Shown: positions 41,262-50,753, counted from the first letter of the stretch. The stretch: 64,000 nucleotides of DNA from Roseibacillus sp. (GCA_051251855.1 JBPOGI010000006.1:64001-128000); one strand, 5' to 3'. The notes: generated from the sequence alone by a model not told the origin. Numbers and translations are program-made.

Positions 41262-41319
41262 ATGAATCCGGTTTTTTTAGCGGAGCTTGTTTGTGCTCAC
41301 TGAAGCCTTACGCGGAAGG

Positions 41320-42288
41320 CTATTTCAGGTCGGGAATGGTGTCGACGATGGTGACTCCGGTCTGGTTGATCGGAGAGACGTGCACCTGATTGTTGAGCGG
41401 AATGGCTCCGAAGACTTTGGAAATGGCAGCTCCGGCTTTTTCGGCCGTTTCTTTCCCTTCGCAAAGGGCAAAGACGGAAGGTCCCGCACCACTGATACTG
41501 AAGCCGAGGGCACCAGCGGACATGGCGGCGCGTTTGGCCTCGTAGAATTCAGGAATGAGCTTTTGGCGGCGAGGTTCGGCGATGACGTCGTGGATGCTTC
41601 TACTGATCATCCCGTAGTCAGATTGGATGAGTCCACAAATGAGCCCGCCCAGATTACCAATTTGGGTAGTGGCGTCGGAGAGTGAGATTTCTTTGGGAAG
41701 GATTTCGCGCGCGACTTTGGTGAGGATTTCGATGTCGGGGTGGACGACGGCGGCCCAGAGGTTTTCGGGGACGGGGAGTTTGGCGACGTCGAGTTCGGCA
41801 TTGTCGCGCACGAAGACAATGCCTCCGAGGAGAGACGGTCCTACGTTGTCAGCGTGCCAAGCTCCGTCGGCGGAGGCCTCGCCGGTCATGGCGAAGGGGA
41901 GGAGCTGCTTTTTGGAGAGAGGAGAACCGATGAGGGCATTGACGGCGAAGGCTCCTGCAACGGCGGAAGCGGCAGAAGAGCCGAGACCGGAGCCGAAGGG
42001 CATGCGCTTGTGGATCTCCATCTCGATGCCGAGATCGTTTTTACCGAGGTGATTGAGGAGGTCGAGGGCGGCGACGCCGGCGGTATTTTTGGCGGGTTCG
42101 GAGGGGAGTTTGCCTTCGTCTCCAGTGATAGCAGTGATGCGGAGGCCGGGTTCTTCGGAGCGGCGAACGACGACATAATCGCCAGGAGCATCGATGGCAA
42201 AGCCCAGAACGTCGTAGCCGCAGGCGACATTGGCAACAGTGGCGGGAGCGAAGACGATGACTTCAGATGGTGAGCTGGCCTCAGGCAT
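41320..42288 (-). CDS. thrB: Homoserine kinase
   Basis: PATVANVACGYDVLG, PFGSGLGSSAAS, HADNV, ISGAGPS. Confidence 0.95.
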   Translation of the reverse strand: MPEASSPSEVIVFAPATVANVACGYDVLGFAIDAPGDYVVVRRSEEPGLRITAITGDEGKLPSEPAKNTAGVAALDLLNHLGKNDLGIEMEIHKRMPFGSGLGSSAASAVAGAFAVNALIGSPLSKKQLLPFAMTGEASADGAWHADNVGPSLLGGIVFVRDNAELDVAKLPVPENLWAAVVHPDIEILTKVAREILPKEISLSDATTQIGNLGGLICGLIQSDYGMISRSIHDVIAEPRRQKLIPEFYEAKRAAMSAGALGFSISGAGPSVFALCEGKETAEKAGAAISKVFGAIPLNNQVHVSPINQTGVTIVDTIPDLK

Positions 42289-42385
42289 GCGCACTCGTTA
42301 GCAGGGAGTCGCAGTTGGGACAATGGAACAAATTGGGAAAGAGGAGTCGGGTGACTCCGCTCAAGGCCTCCATTCCTCCCCACAT

Positions 42386-42901
42386 CTAGAAGGGCCAGAG
42401 GCTGAAGCCGCTCTTGGCCTTGCGCTTGTATTTTCCGTCTCCGATAGAGATGACTTCGACTTCGCAATCGGTGAGGCCTTGGTCTTCGAAGCCAAGTTTC
42501 TTGGCGGCACGCGGGGTGACGTCGATGATGCGTCCGGGGATAAAGGGACCTCGGTCATTGACTCTCATTTTGAGGCTCTTGCCGTTTTTGAGGTTGGTGA
42601 CTTTGACCACGCAAGGGATGGGGAGGGTCTTGTGGGCGGCGGAGATGTGCCAGGGCATTACCTTTTCGCCAAGGGAAGTGTTGCCCCGTTTGAGACCGAA
42701 CATGGAGGATTCGTTATACCAAGAGGCGATTCCGCGTTCCTTGTAGTGGAGCGCTTGGTCGACTGACATGGGTTGGTAGTGAATCCCACGAATGGTGTAG
42801 TCGCGAGTTTGGGTGCCTTTGTAGTTACCATACTTTCCTCCGCAGGAAGTGAGAAAGAGCGCCAGAATGGGAAGGAGGAGGTGAGTGTACAGCTTTTTCA
42901 C
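42386..42901 (-). CDS. rlpA: RlpA-family lytic transglycosylase lipoprotein
   Basis: Lipobox LTSC; GIASWY, AAHKTLP, RVNDRGPF, IIDV. Confidence 0.9.
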   Translation of the reverse strand: MKKLYTHLLLPILALFLTSCGGKYGNYKGTQTRDYTIRGIHYQPMSVDQALHYKERGIASWYNESSMFGLKRGNTSLGEKVMPWHISAAHKTLPIPCVVKVTNLKNGKSLKMRVNDRGPFIPGRIIDVTPRAAKKLGFEDQGLTDCEVEVISIGDGKYKRKAKSGFSLWPF

Positions 42902-42931
42902 CTCGCAAGATTACCAAGAAAGCTAAGAAGC

Positions 42932-43426
42932 TCAATCTTGGAGCGGTTCATCAGGGAGGTATTCATGCCACTCGTCCGATTCCGCGACGCGCTTAATGAC
43001 CTTGTTGCGCTCCGCCAAGAAACGGCGGAGGTAGGCAGTGAGGAAAGAGTTTTCAATAAACCATCCGATGGGGCCACCGCGTGATTTGTAGTCAAACTCG
43101 TCGGTCATGGTGGTGACACCCTCGTCGTTGGTCTCGTAGCGGTGGAGGTGTTTCATGCGGGCAAAGGCCCCGCTGACCATCTCGTCCGTGAAGTGTTTGG
43201 GCCGCTCCATGGCGACGATGCGCACCTGCAGAGATTGTCGAAAACCAAAGTGAGAGCCTTCCCAAGTCACTTCTTCTCCGTCCTCAATCAATCCATCGGT
43301 GCGGCCTCCGACGGCCCGCTCGCTGGTTTCCCCAGCGCTCTTGAGGTGTAAGTCAATGCTACGAGAAAGGTCGAAGACCCGCTCGACGGGGGCCTTGATC
43401 CGGGTGGTGAGAACGATGAGTGGCAA
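42932..43426 (-). CDS. SRPBCC-family protein
   Basis: IKAPVERVFDLSRSIDLH, VTW...HFG, FTDEMVSG. Confidence 0.85.
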   Translation of the reverse strand: MPLIVLTTRIKAPVERVFDLSRSIDLHLKSAGETSERAVGGRTDGLIEDGEEVTWEGSHFGFRQSLQVRIVAMERPKHFTDEMVSGAFARMKHLHRYETNDEGVTTMTDEFDYKSRGGPIGWFIENSFLTAYLRRFLAERNKVIKRVAESDEWHEYLPDEPLQD

Positions 43427-43508
43427 AGTGCTGACGAAGCTACCTGCTCGACCTCGGGCGCGCCAGAATTACTTCGGACGCGCAGTCGAAAAAATTCGTC
43501 TCTTCTTC

Positions 43509-43826
43509 CTAGGACTCACGTTCTTGAACAACTGGTAGAACGGGAGCGACCTGTTCTTTCATCTCCTTGCCGGGCTTGAACTTGACGACGGCACGGGGAG
43601 GAATGGGTACATCTTTGCTGGGATCCTTCGGGTTACGACCGACCTTAGCCTTGGTTACCTTTACCTCGAAAGTGCCAAAATTACGCATGACAACGGTGTC
43701 CCCTTTGGCGAGGTCGCTGGTGATTTCGTCGAGTGTCTTTTGAACAACGTCGAAGACTTGCTGCTGAGTAAGACCAGTTAAATTGCTAATACGATTGACG
43801 AGGTCGCGTTTGGTGACGGTAGGCAT
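43509..43826 (-). CDS. HU/IHF-family DNA-binding protein
   Basis: TKRDLV, RNFGTFEV, GRNP, VKFKPGKEMK. Confidence 0.93.
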   Translation of the reverse strand: MPTVTKRDLVNRISNLTGLTQQQVFDVVQKTLDEITSDLAKGDTVVMRNFGTFEVKVTKAKVGRNPKDPSKDVPIPPRAVVKFKPGKEMKEQVAPVLPVVQERES

Positions 43827-44023
43827 GGTGGAGGCAATTAGTTTTGTTAGAGGTTAAGGAAATGTTCTTCAGTTTCGCAATTGCGCAACAGATGACTGGG
43901 TTTTTCTGTGCTCGAAGATGCTAAACACCTGTCTAGCAATTTCTATGCCGAAACCAACTTGAAAACCGGTTCTTAGTCAATGGAGAAACGGTAAAACGCA
44001 TCGATTGAGAGAGCAGCGATTAC

Positions 44024-45085
44024 TTGTTCTTGTTCCAGAGGGGGTGGAGGTCAGACTTGGGTGTGCTCAAGCCTGATTGTTCTCTAAATGCGCTCGTCGA
44101 TAGTGCGAGGTTTCAGTCTCATTTGAGGGTGTGGTTTGAGGGCGAAGGGCAGAGCCACCCTTGGCGGGAGACCGCAGAGCCGTGGGCGATTCTAGTGTCT
44201 GAGGTCATGCTGCAGCAGACGACTGTGGGGGCGGTTCGCGCGGGCCGGAGGTTCGAAAGATTTATAGAGGAGTTCCCGACTATTGAGGCGATCTCCTCCG
44301 CTTCAGAAGAACAAATTCTTAAAGCTTGGGAAGGTTTGGGCTACTACTATCGTGTTAGGAATCTCCAAAAGACTGCTCAAACAGTTATCTCAGAGTGGGG
44401 AGGAAAGTTTCCAAAAACAGTATCTGAAATCGAAACCCTGCCTGGAGTGGGGCCCTACACCGCGGGAGCGCTTGCTAGCTTTGCATTTAATTGCGCTGCC
44501 CCCATCGTTGACGGCAACGTAGCTCGGGTCTTTTCGAGAATCTTCGACGATAAAACCGAGGTGGATTCCACCAAGGGTATCCAGCAGCTCTGGCGCTGGG
44601 CGGATCAATTATTGGATACGGAGAATCCTCGTATCTACAATTCGGCATTAATGGAGGTGGGGCAGGTTTATTGTCGCCCCCGCAAGCCCGATTGCTTGAA
44701 GTGTCCCATTGCAGAATTCTGTCAAACGCGAGAGCCGGAGGAGTTGCCTCGTAAGAAGCCAAAGACGAAGACTGTCAAAGTGGTAGAGCATGCTTTGTTG
44801 GCCAAGCGGCAAGGGCAGATCCTTCTCGCCAAGGAGGAGGGATCGCGACGTAAGGGATTTTATCGCTTACCTCTTCGGAGTGCAGAGGAGGTTGCTGACT
44901 TGGAGCTGTTAGAAACGAGCAAATACGCTATCACCAAGCACCGTGTGACCTTGCATCTCTATCAGGCTACGGGTAATTTGGCGGAAGGGGTGAAGAAGGA
45001 AGAGGCCTGGTTCGATTTGAGTGAAGTAGAAATACTGCCCATGCCTTCTCCTGTTAGAAAAGCATTGGAGCGCGTTCTCGCCTAA
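44024..45085 (+). CDS. mutY: A/G-specific adenine glycosylase (start may be slightly downstream)
   Basis: VSEVMLQQT, WEGLGYY, LPGVGPYTA, VDGNVARV, C-x6-C-x2-C-x5-C. Confidence 0.93.
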   Translation: MFLFQRGWRSDLGVLKPDCSLNALVDSARFQSHLRVWFEGEGQSHPWRETAEPWAILVSEVMLQQTTVGAVRAGRRFERFIEEFPTIEAISSASEEQILKAWEGLGYYYRVRNLQKTAQTVISEWGGKFPKTVSEIETLPGVGPYTAGALASFAFNCAAPIVDGNVARVFSRIFDDKTEVDSTKGIQQLWRWADQLLDTENPRIYNSALMEVGQVYCRPRKPDCLKCPIAEFCQTREPEELPRKKPKTKTVKVVEHALLAKRQGQILLAKEEGSRRKGFYRLPLRSAEEVADLELLETSKYAITKHRVTLHLYQATGNLAEGVKKEEAWFDLSEVEILPMPSPVRKALERVLA

Positions 45086-45175
45086 GGTCAGCAGGCACGC
45101 GGATACCTAGCGGAGGTCATGAAAAAGGGCGAACGTTTGCCCGTTCGCCCTTTTGAGGAAAGTTGTTCGAGAGAG

Positions 45176-45670
45176 TTAAGATAAGCCTTTGAGGGTCTCT
45201 TTGATTTTGTCGAAGTCGGGCATGTCCTTAGGATGCTCCTGAGCTTCGGAGTATTGAATGACGCCGGCCTTATCGATGACGAAGGCAGAGCGCTTGGGCA
45301 CGCCGCCCATGATGAGATTGGCGTCGGGCAGGAAGCTTTCGTAAGCCACTCCATAGTCTGCGGTGGTTTTGTGCTCGTAGTCAGAGACGAGAGTGAGCTT
45401 GATGCCTTCTTTCTTCGCCCATTCTGCCTGTGCGAAAGGGTTGTCACCGGAAATACCGATGACGGTGGCGTCAAGGCTGGCGTATTCGTCGAGCTCGTTG
45501 GTCACGGAGCAGAACTCAGTGGTGCAGCCGCCAGTGAAGGCCATGGGCACGAAAAGGAGAACGAGATTGGTCTTTCCGATGTGCTCGGAAAGCTTGAAGA
45601 GTTCAGGGCCTTCCGCGCCGAGAGTGACGAGGGTGAAATCGGGAGCTTTGGTTCCAGTGGAGAGTGCCAT
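45176..45670 (-). CDS. Peroxiredoxin (AhpC/TSA family)
   Basis: From ATG 45670: APDFTL, FVPMAFTGGCT, ISGD, KRSAFVID. Confidence 0.9.
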   Translation of the reverse strand: MALSTGTKAPDFTLVTLGAEGPELFKLSEHIGKTNLVLLFVPMAFTGGCTTEFCSVTNELDEYASLDATVIGISGDNPFAQAEWAKKEGIKLTLVSDYEHKTTADYGVAYESFLPDANLIMGGVPKRSAFVIDKAGVIQYSEAQEHPKDMPDFDKIKETLKGLS

Positions 45671-45754
45671 AATAATATTGGTTTCGGTTACGGTGCGCAC
45701 TTTAGGCAGGGAGATGAGTTTGCCAAGTGGGAAGAGACCCATTAAGGAAATGGT

Positions 45755-47044
45755 GTGAGTAGTGAGCAGAATCCCCCCTTGAATTTCGAATGGTCGGAAT
45801 TTGGTCAACGCCTGAGCCAAGGGAGTGGCATCGGGGAGCTCATGACGAATTTGGGTGAAGCGCTGGCGGGCGGGGGTGATGTCAAGATGCTGGGAGGGGG
45901 GCAGCCAGCTCATATTCCTGAGATCGAAGCGGTTTGGCAGCGGCGGTGGCGGGAGCTTGAGGAGGCGGGCGAGCTCCGGAAAGTGCTTGGAAGTTATGAA
46001 GCACCGGCGGGAAACATGGATTTTCGGAAGACTCTCGCAGAGATGTTGCAGCGTGAGTTTGGTTGGGAGGTCGACCCAGAGAACGTTGCGGTGACTGCTG
46101 GTGGGCAGACTGCCTTCTTTTTCCTCTTTAATGCTCTGGCAGGGAAAATGCCGGATGGAAGTCAGCGGAAAATCCTGCTTCCTCTCGTTCCGGAGTATAT
46201 TGGATATGCGGATCAATCGGTGGCAGGGGACCTTTTTCGGGTCTTTCGCCCCAAAATTGAAAAGACGGGTCCACACGAGTTTAAGTACGGCATCGACTTC
46301 GAGGCCCTGAAGGTGGAGGAGGATATCGCCGCCATTTGTGTCTCAAGGCCTACCAATCCCTCGGGAAATCTCTTGCTGGATGATGAGATTGCCCGCTTGC
46401 GGCAGCTTGCGGGGGAGCATGGGATCCCGTTTATTATCGACAATGCCTACGGAGCGCCTTTTCCGAATATCATCTTTGGCGAGGCGACTCCGGTTTGGGG
46501 CGAGGACCTTATTGTCACGATGAGTCTTTCCAAGCTGGGGCTGCCGGGCACACGGACCGGGATCGTGGTGGCCCACCCTGAGATTGCGCGCGCTATTTCT
46601 GAGATGACCGGAATCGTTGGGCTTGCAAACGGCAATGTGGGGCAGGCAATTGTGGAACCCTTGTTAGAGAGCGGGGAACTCCTGAGGCTTTCCAATGAGG
46701 TAATGCGCCCGTTCTACCGCAAGAAGTCACAGCAGGCTCTGGAGTGGGTCGCGGAGTTCTTTCCGGATGAGATGAACTACTTTGTTCATCGCAGCGAGGG
46801 CGCGCTCTTCTTGTGGTTCTGGTTCGAGGGGCTGCCGATTTCATCTAAGGAACTCTACGAACGCTGCAAGGCGCGTGGCGTATTGGTGGTGCCTGGGGAG
46901 TATTTCTTCTTTGAAGAGGAAAAAGACTGGTCCCATGGGCGAGAGTGTATTCGGGTGACCTTCACCATGGATGAGGAGACGGTGCGAGAGGGGATTCGCA
47001 TTATCGCCGAAGAAGCCAAAGCCGCCTACCAACTTGAGTCATGA
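45755..47044 (+). CDS. avtA: Valine-pyruvate aminotransferase
   Basis: MLGGGQPA, PEYIGY, SRPTNPSGN, IDNAYG, SLSKLGLPG, EGALFLW. Confidence 0.92.
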   Translation: MSSEQNPPLNFEWSEFGQRLSQGSGIGELMTNLGEALAGGGDVKMLGGGQPAHIPEIEAVWQRRWRELEEAGELRKVLGSYEAPAGNMDFRKTLAEMLQREFGWEVDPENVAVTAGGQTAFFFLFNALAGKMPDGSQRKILLPLVPEYIGYADQSVAGDLFRVFRPKIEKTGPHEFKYGIDFEALKVEEDIAAICVSRPTNPSGNLLLDDEIARLRQLAGEHGIPFIIDNAYGAPFPNIIFGEATPVWGEDLIVTMSLSKLGLPGTRTGIVVAHPEIARAISEMTGIVGLANGNVGQAIVEPLLESGELLRLSNEVMRPFYRKKSQQALEWVAEFFPDEMNYFVHRSEGALFLWFWFEGLPISSKELYERCKARGVLVVPGEYFFFEEEKDWSHGRECIRVTFTMDEETVREGIRIIAEEAKAAYQLES

Positions 47045-48114
47045 AACCTGATACCGGAGCCCTCGTTCGAGCCATTGTCTATAGTGTGGCTTTAGTTTAC
47101 TTGTTCGTGGACTTGTTCGTTCTCAAAGGGCCGCTCTATCGAAGTGTGAAAGATGCCAATCCTCGCAGTGAGAAAGTGATTGCTGAGGAAACGGCGCGCG
47201 GAGTGGCGGCACGGGTCCGTTACCAGCCGATTCTCCTCACTCAAATCGACCGTGCGGTGGAAAAGCGGCTGTGGTCTCGTGGTAAAAGCGCGACAGGTTT
47301 GGAGGGAGAGCAGCTCAAGCAAGAACGTATGGCGGCGCTGAACGAGATGTTTCAGAAGCACCTCTTACGCATCAAGGTGAGGTTCAATGCGGCAGAGTTT
47401 CAGGTGAGCGATGAGGAAGTGGCCGCCGCCGTAAAAACGTTCAAAAAACGCTTCGCTAACGAGCAACTTCTCAAGGGAGCGATTGTCAATCAGGGTTGGG
47501 ACGGGGAAGAAGAGTTGGTTGCGCGCATCCGAGCCAAGCTAGAGCAGGAAGCCTATTTGCGGAAATATGTCGCCGTCGAGGTGACTGAGGAAGAGCTCCA
47601 GGCATACTATCAAGAGCATCGAGCTCGTTTCGCTCTCCCGGAAAGAATCCGAGCGAGGCATATCTTTTTTGCGGCGTTGGAGCATCCTGGAGGGGCCGCC
47701 TTGGCTTTGGCTCAGTCGGTTCGAGATGCCTTGCGAGAAGGTCGTGATTTTAACGAACTATCCGCTGAATATAGTGAAGACCCGGCCACCAAGGAGAAGG
47801 GCGGAGAGCTCGGTTGGATGAGTCGAGGCCGAATGCCAGAGGGTTTAGGGGAACAAGTGTTTCAAATGCAGCCTGGGGCGACGGAGGTTTTGGAGTCTGA
47901 TGTGGGGGCTCATGTATTCGAAGTTCAAGAGCGCAAGCCAGCACGCGAGCGAAGTTTCGAAGAGGTCAAAGATGAACTCGAAGAGGCGTTGTCGAATCAG
48001 CGGCGGGAAGAAGGAACGCAACAATACCTGCGAATTCTTCATCATCGTGATGCCAAAGAACTCGAGATATTTACCGAAGTTCTTGAGCGTCCATGGAGTC
48101 TAACAGATTCTTGA
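47041..48114 (+). CDS. PpiC/parvulin-type peptidylprolyl isomerase
   Basis: RARHIF, FNELSAEYSED, GGELGW; N-terminal TM anchor. Confidence 0.88.
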   Translation: MKPDTGALVRAIVYSVALVYLFVDLFVLKGPLYRSVKDANPRSEKVIAEETARGVAARVRYQPILLTQIDRAVEKRLWSRGKSATGLEGEQLKQERMAALNEMFQKHLLRIKVRFNAAEFQVSDEEVAAAVKTFKKRFANEQLLKGAIVNQGWDGEEELVARIRAKLEQEAYLRKYVAVEVTEEELQAYYQEHRARFALPERIRARHIFFAALEHPGGAALALAQSVRDALREGRDFNELSAEYSEDPATKEKGGELGWMSRGRMPEGLGEQVFQMQPGATEVLESDVGAHVFEVQERKPARERSFEEVKDELEEALSNQRREEGTQQYLRILHHRDAKELEIFTEVLERPWSLTDS

Positions 48115-48183
48115 TGCTGGGGTGAGGGGGTGGCATCTCAAGGCAATGATTTTTTCTTAAGACAAAAAAGATGAAGAAAGGGG

Positions 48184-48212
48184 TTGACCCAAATCATATT
48201 AATCTATAACTC
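48184..48212 (+). promoter_or_regulatory. Putative sigma70 promoter of the RNA/tRNA/RtcB unit
   Basis: TTGACC (48184) with TATAACTC at 48205-48212; A/T-rich upstream tract. Confidence 0.55.
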
Positions 48213-48265
48213 TTCTCGAACGCCGCCGCAGGAGCGGTCAAACCAGAAGGAGGGAATTTTCCATC

Positions 48266-48493
48266 ATGAACGATTTAAGCCATATCAAAACCAACTCGCT
48301 CGCAGCGGCCCAAGTGCACTGTTATCGCGGGATGTCCGGTTCGTTGATTGGCGGCATAGATGGCCTCCGGATTCAACCGACAGGGAATGCAAATGCGTTG
48401 AGTGCAAGACTCAGCTGGGAGAATGGCTCCAAAGGGATGCCCGCATTTGGTACCGAACTGAGCGAGAATAAACTGGCAAGCAGGATTACGTAA
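48266..48493 (+). CDS. Putative 75-aa leader (attenuator) peptide
   Basis: AAGGAGG at 48247-48253 before the ATG; stop codon lies within the antiterminator helix. Confidence 0.65.
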   Translation: MNDLSHIKTNSLAAAQVHCYRGMSGSLIGGIDGLRIQPTGNANALSARLSWENGSKGMPAFGTELSENKLASRIT

Positions 48494-48518
48494 ATCACTG
48501 ATTCATAAGGATTTTTAC

Positions 48519-48552
48519 GGCCCTGCTTCCCCCACGGAGGCAGGGCCTTTTT
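48519..48552 (+). terminator. Intrinsic terminator (attenuator)
   Basis: GGCCCTGCTTCC-cccac-GGAGGCAGGGCC-TTTTT. Confidence 0.85.
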
Positions 48553-48779
48553 GTATTTAACCATTTAGAAGAACCGAGAAATTGAAATAAGAACGAGAAA
48601 GGGAGAGCTCACCCAGGTTGTCGCAATTGCGATGACGACCTGCGATGCGCAGACCCTGAAAACGAATTTGAAAGACAGAACCTGAAAAAGAAGAACCGCC
48701 GCCAGCTGTAACTGGCGACGGCTCCGACAGCACCACCGGACGGAATCCGATGAATCAACTGCGCAAGATGATTCTATCT

Positions 48780-49975
48780 AAGATGATGTTTCGGTCAAGA
48801 AAGACTTAACTTCACAGATAAGTGAAGGCAGGGAATTCATGTGCTCATTTTCAGGCCCAAAAGGCTTGTTGGAAGATGTGCCAAAGGAAACATCGAAAGG
48901 TCCGCCGAGAAATCCCCGCGGCCACGGTTCGAGAGAACGGTGACGGTGTTTGTTCCTAGAAAATGAATGGAACAAGGACATTCCTGTCCTTGTTCTATTT
49001 TGGAAGGAGCAGGCCTTTGTGGTTTGCTCCTCTCCAAATCGAAGTTCTCTGGAGTTGGAGCACGTCTTACGTTGAGGCGTCGCATGCTCATGCTCACAGA
49101 GGATTTCGATTTGGAGTTATCTGAATGGCGGTCTGGCGTCATGAGATAGGCGTGTCGAAAGGCACGTAAAGGGGCAGCAACCCTGTCTGCCCGCCTTCTT
49201 CCCTTTGGGGAGAAGGACAACCAGACAAACCTAGTTCCAATGACTTCGCGGCCGGCAGCTGCGGAGTGATGCTGGAAGATGGGAGATGCTCCATTGCGGA
49301 CGGCAAGTGCTCAAGCAATGGTGGGTGTAGCAACCCACAGAGTCTTTACGCCAAACATCGACAGTTGAGAACGAAGGGGAGTCACCGAGTGCGAAGCTTA
49401 GCGGCCAAGAGCCCGGTGGCAGTCCAGTGGTGCGGGAAAGGAGACGAGTCTTTCAAACTCGAAACCTCTCCCTAGTCGCGAAGACCGTAACGTCTGTAGC
49501 AACGGACGGGACAAGAGGCGTGTGGAATTTTGTTGTTGAAAAGGCAACGGACCCACCGGACGCACGCGTCTCATAGAAGGGTATCGGATAGTACGAGAGG
49601 AAATCCACCAGACTTTAGATCTGTTCCAAACGCAAAGATGCGTCCTTGATTGTGTGAAAATGGCTTAAGCCCTGACCAAATTTTGGAATCAGGGTCTGAC
49701 GGGACTCGCAAGGTCCCCGAGGATTGATGGAATGCCGCACGGTGGAGTAGCTCTCCTTCATGGCCCAGCCGGGTCGACGGTAGGTTGAACATCGAGAAGC
49801 ACAGTCAGAAGGGAGTGCCGCCACTTCCTCACCAAAGGCAGTCAGGTAGGAATACAAAGGGTGGGCCTCTAGCGCCCTCCTTTGTGGAAGACTTGGGAAG
49901 GTGAGCCGTCGCTGGCTCGCGATAATCCAAGGCGAGTTCCTATGTGCGAGGGTGTCCTTCTCAACCCTTGCTATC
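48780..49975 (+). ncRNA. Large structured ncRNA, GOLLD-like (5' boundary uncertain)
   Basis: No credible CDS; many hairpins (48966-48999, 49006-49030, 49032-49116, 49151-49166, 49670-49694, 49701-49717, 49854-49885); 3' hairpin 49946-49971 whose loop TTCTCA complements TGAGAA 49366-49371; directly upstream of a tRNA array. Confidence 0.7.
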
Positions 49976-49991
49976 TATTTTCTAACAATGT

Positions 49992-50067
49992 GGGAGCGCA
50001 TGTGCCAGAGGGGCGATGCTGCCTTGCAAGCAGCGTGTGGCGGGTGCAAGTCCCGTCACCTCCACCA
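49992..50067 (+). tRNA. tRNA-Ala(UGC), two acceptor mismatches
   Basis: GCTGC-cttgcaa-GCAGC; G3:U70; T-loop TGCAAGT; CCA. Confidence 0.8.
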
Positions 50068-50075
50068 ATTTTTCT

Positions 50076-50151
50076 AGCGGGGAGAGTGTTGGTATCTCAA
50101 GAGGGTCTCATACGCCCTCGTCCGTGGGTTCGATTCCCACCTCCGCAACCA
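50076..50151 (+). tRNA. tRNA-Met(CAU), initiator-like
   Basis: AGGGT-ctcatac-GCCCT; A1:A72 mismatch; ...CGCAACCA. Confidence 0.8.
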
Positions 50152-50160
50152 TTTCTAAGG

Positions 50161-50234
50161 GGCGCGCAAACATTATGGTGATGTGCCTGACCTCCAATCA
50201 GGAAAACGGAGTTCGAGTCTCCGGCGTGCTACCA
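50161..50234 (+). tRNA. tRNA-Gly(UCC), atypical (C33, A73)
   Basis: CCTGA-cctccaa-TCAGG; TTCGAGT; CCA. Confidence 0.7.
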
Positions 50235-50244
50235 ATTTTTCAAA

Positions 50245-50318
50245 GGTCCATTGATGTAAAAGTAGCCTCCCTGTCTGTCGAACAGGTTGAGCCGGAGCAT
50301 TACCGGCATGGACCGCCA
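50245..50318 (+). tRNA. tRNA-Asp(GUC)
   Basis: GGTCCAT/ATGGACC, G73; CCTGT-ctgtcga-ACAGG; T-loop AGCATTA; CCA. Confidence 0.82.
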
Positions 50319-50327
50319 TTTTCAAGT

Positions 50328-50404
50328 GGGGACCATGGTGTAACGAGTAAGCATCCGGCACTGTGAACGCCGCGGAATGGGTGCAAGTCCCATTGGTCCC
50401 CCCA
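50328..50404 (+). tRNA. tRNA-His(GUG)
   Basis: G-1:C73; loop ctgtgaa; T-loop TGCAAGT; CCA. Confidence 0.88.
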
Positions 50405-50415
50405 ACTTTTGGAAA

Positions 50416-50491
50416 TGTCCTCGACGGAGCTAGTGAACCGGACGGTTTGCAAAACCGATCATGCGGGGGGCGGAACCCCGGAGGACATCCA
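50416..50491 (+). tRNA. tRNA-Cys(GCA)
   Basis: TGTCCTC/GAGGACA, U73; loop ttgcaaa; T-loop GGCGGAA; CCA. Confidence 0.78.
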
Positions 50492-50502
50492 TCTTTCTAA
50501 AT

Positions 50503-50575
50503 TCCAGCGTGGCGGAAAATCGCGCCGCTCTTGTAAAGCGGATGATGCAGGCAACCAGTCCTGTCGCTGGATCCA
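50503..50575 (+). tRNA. tRNA-Thr(UGU), aberrant T-loop
   Basis: TCCAGCG/CGCTGGA; CCGCT-cttgtaa-AGCGG; T-loop CAACCAGT; CCA. Confidence 0.72.
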
Positions 50576-50585
50576 ATTTGACAAT

Positions 50586-50660
50586 TCTTCTGTCGTCCAA
50601 AGGCGAGGACACCAGGCTACGAACCTGGAGATGCGAGTTCGAGTCTCGCCGGAAGTACCA
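50586..50660 (+). tRNA. tRNA-Arg(ACG)
   Basis: CCAGG-ctacgaa-CCTGG; TTCGAGT; CCA. Confidence 0.88.
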
Positions 50661-50673
50661 TTCTCATGAGAAC

Positions 50674-50747
50674 GCGGGCTTGGTGTAAAAGAAGCACATC
50701 TGTTTTACATGCAGATCGAGGGGGTGCGATACCTCCAGCCCGTACCA
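50674..50747 (+). tRNA. tRNA-Val(UAC)
   Basis: GCGGGCT/AGCCCGT; loop tttacat; T-loop TGCGATA; CCA. Confidence 0.82.
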
Positions 50748-50753
50748 ACTTTC

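Noticed and set aside
45671..46276. N-terminal 200-aa extension of the peroxiredoxin ORF
   Set aside because: Overlaps avtA on the opposite strand; the real start is ATG 45670
48922..48942. GGTTCGAGA suggesting another tRNA T-loop
   Set aside because: It is a GTTC-GAGA-GAAC tetraloop hairpin with no cloverleaf around it
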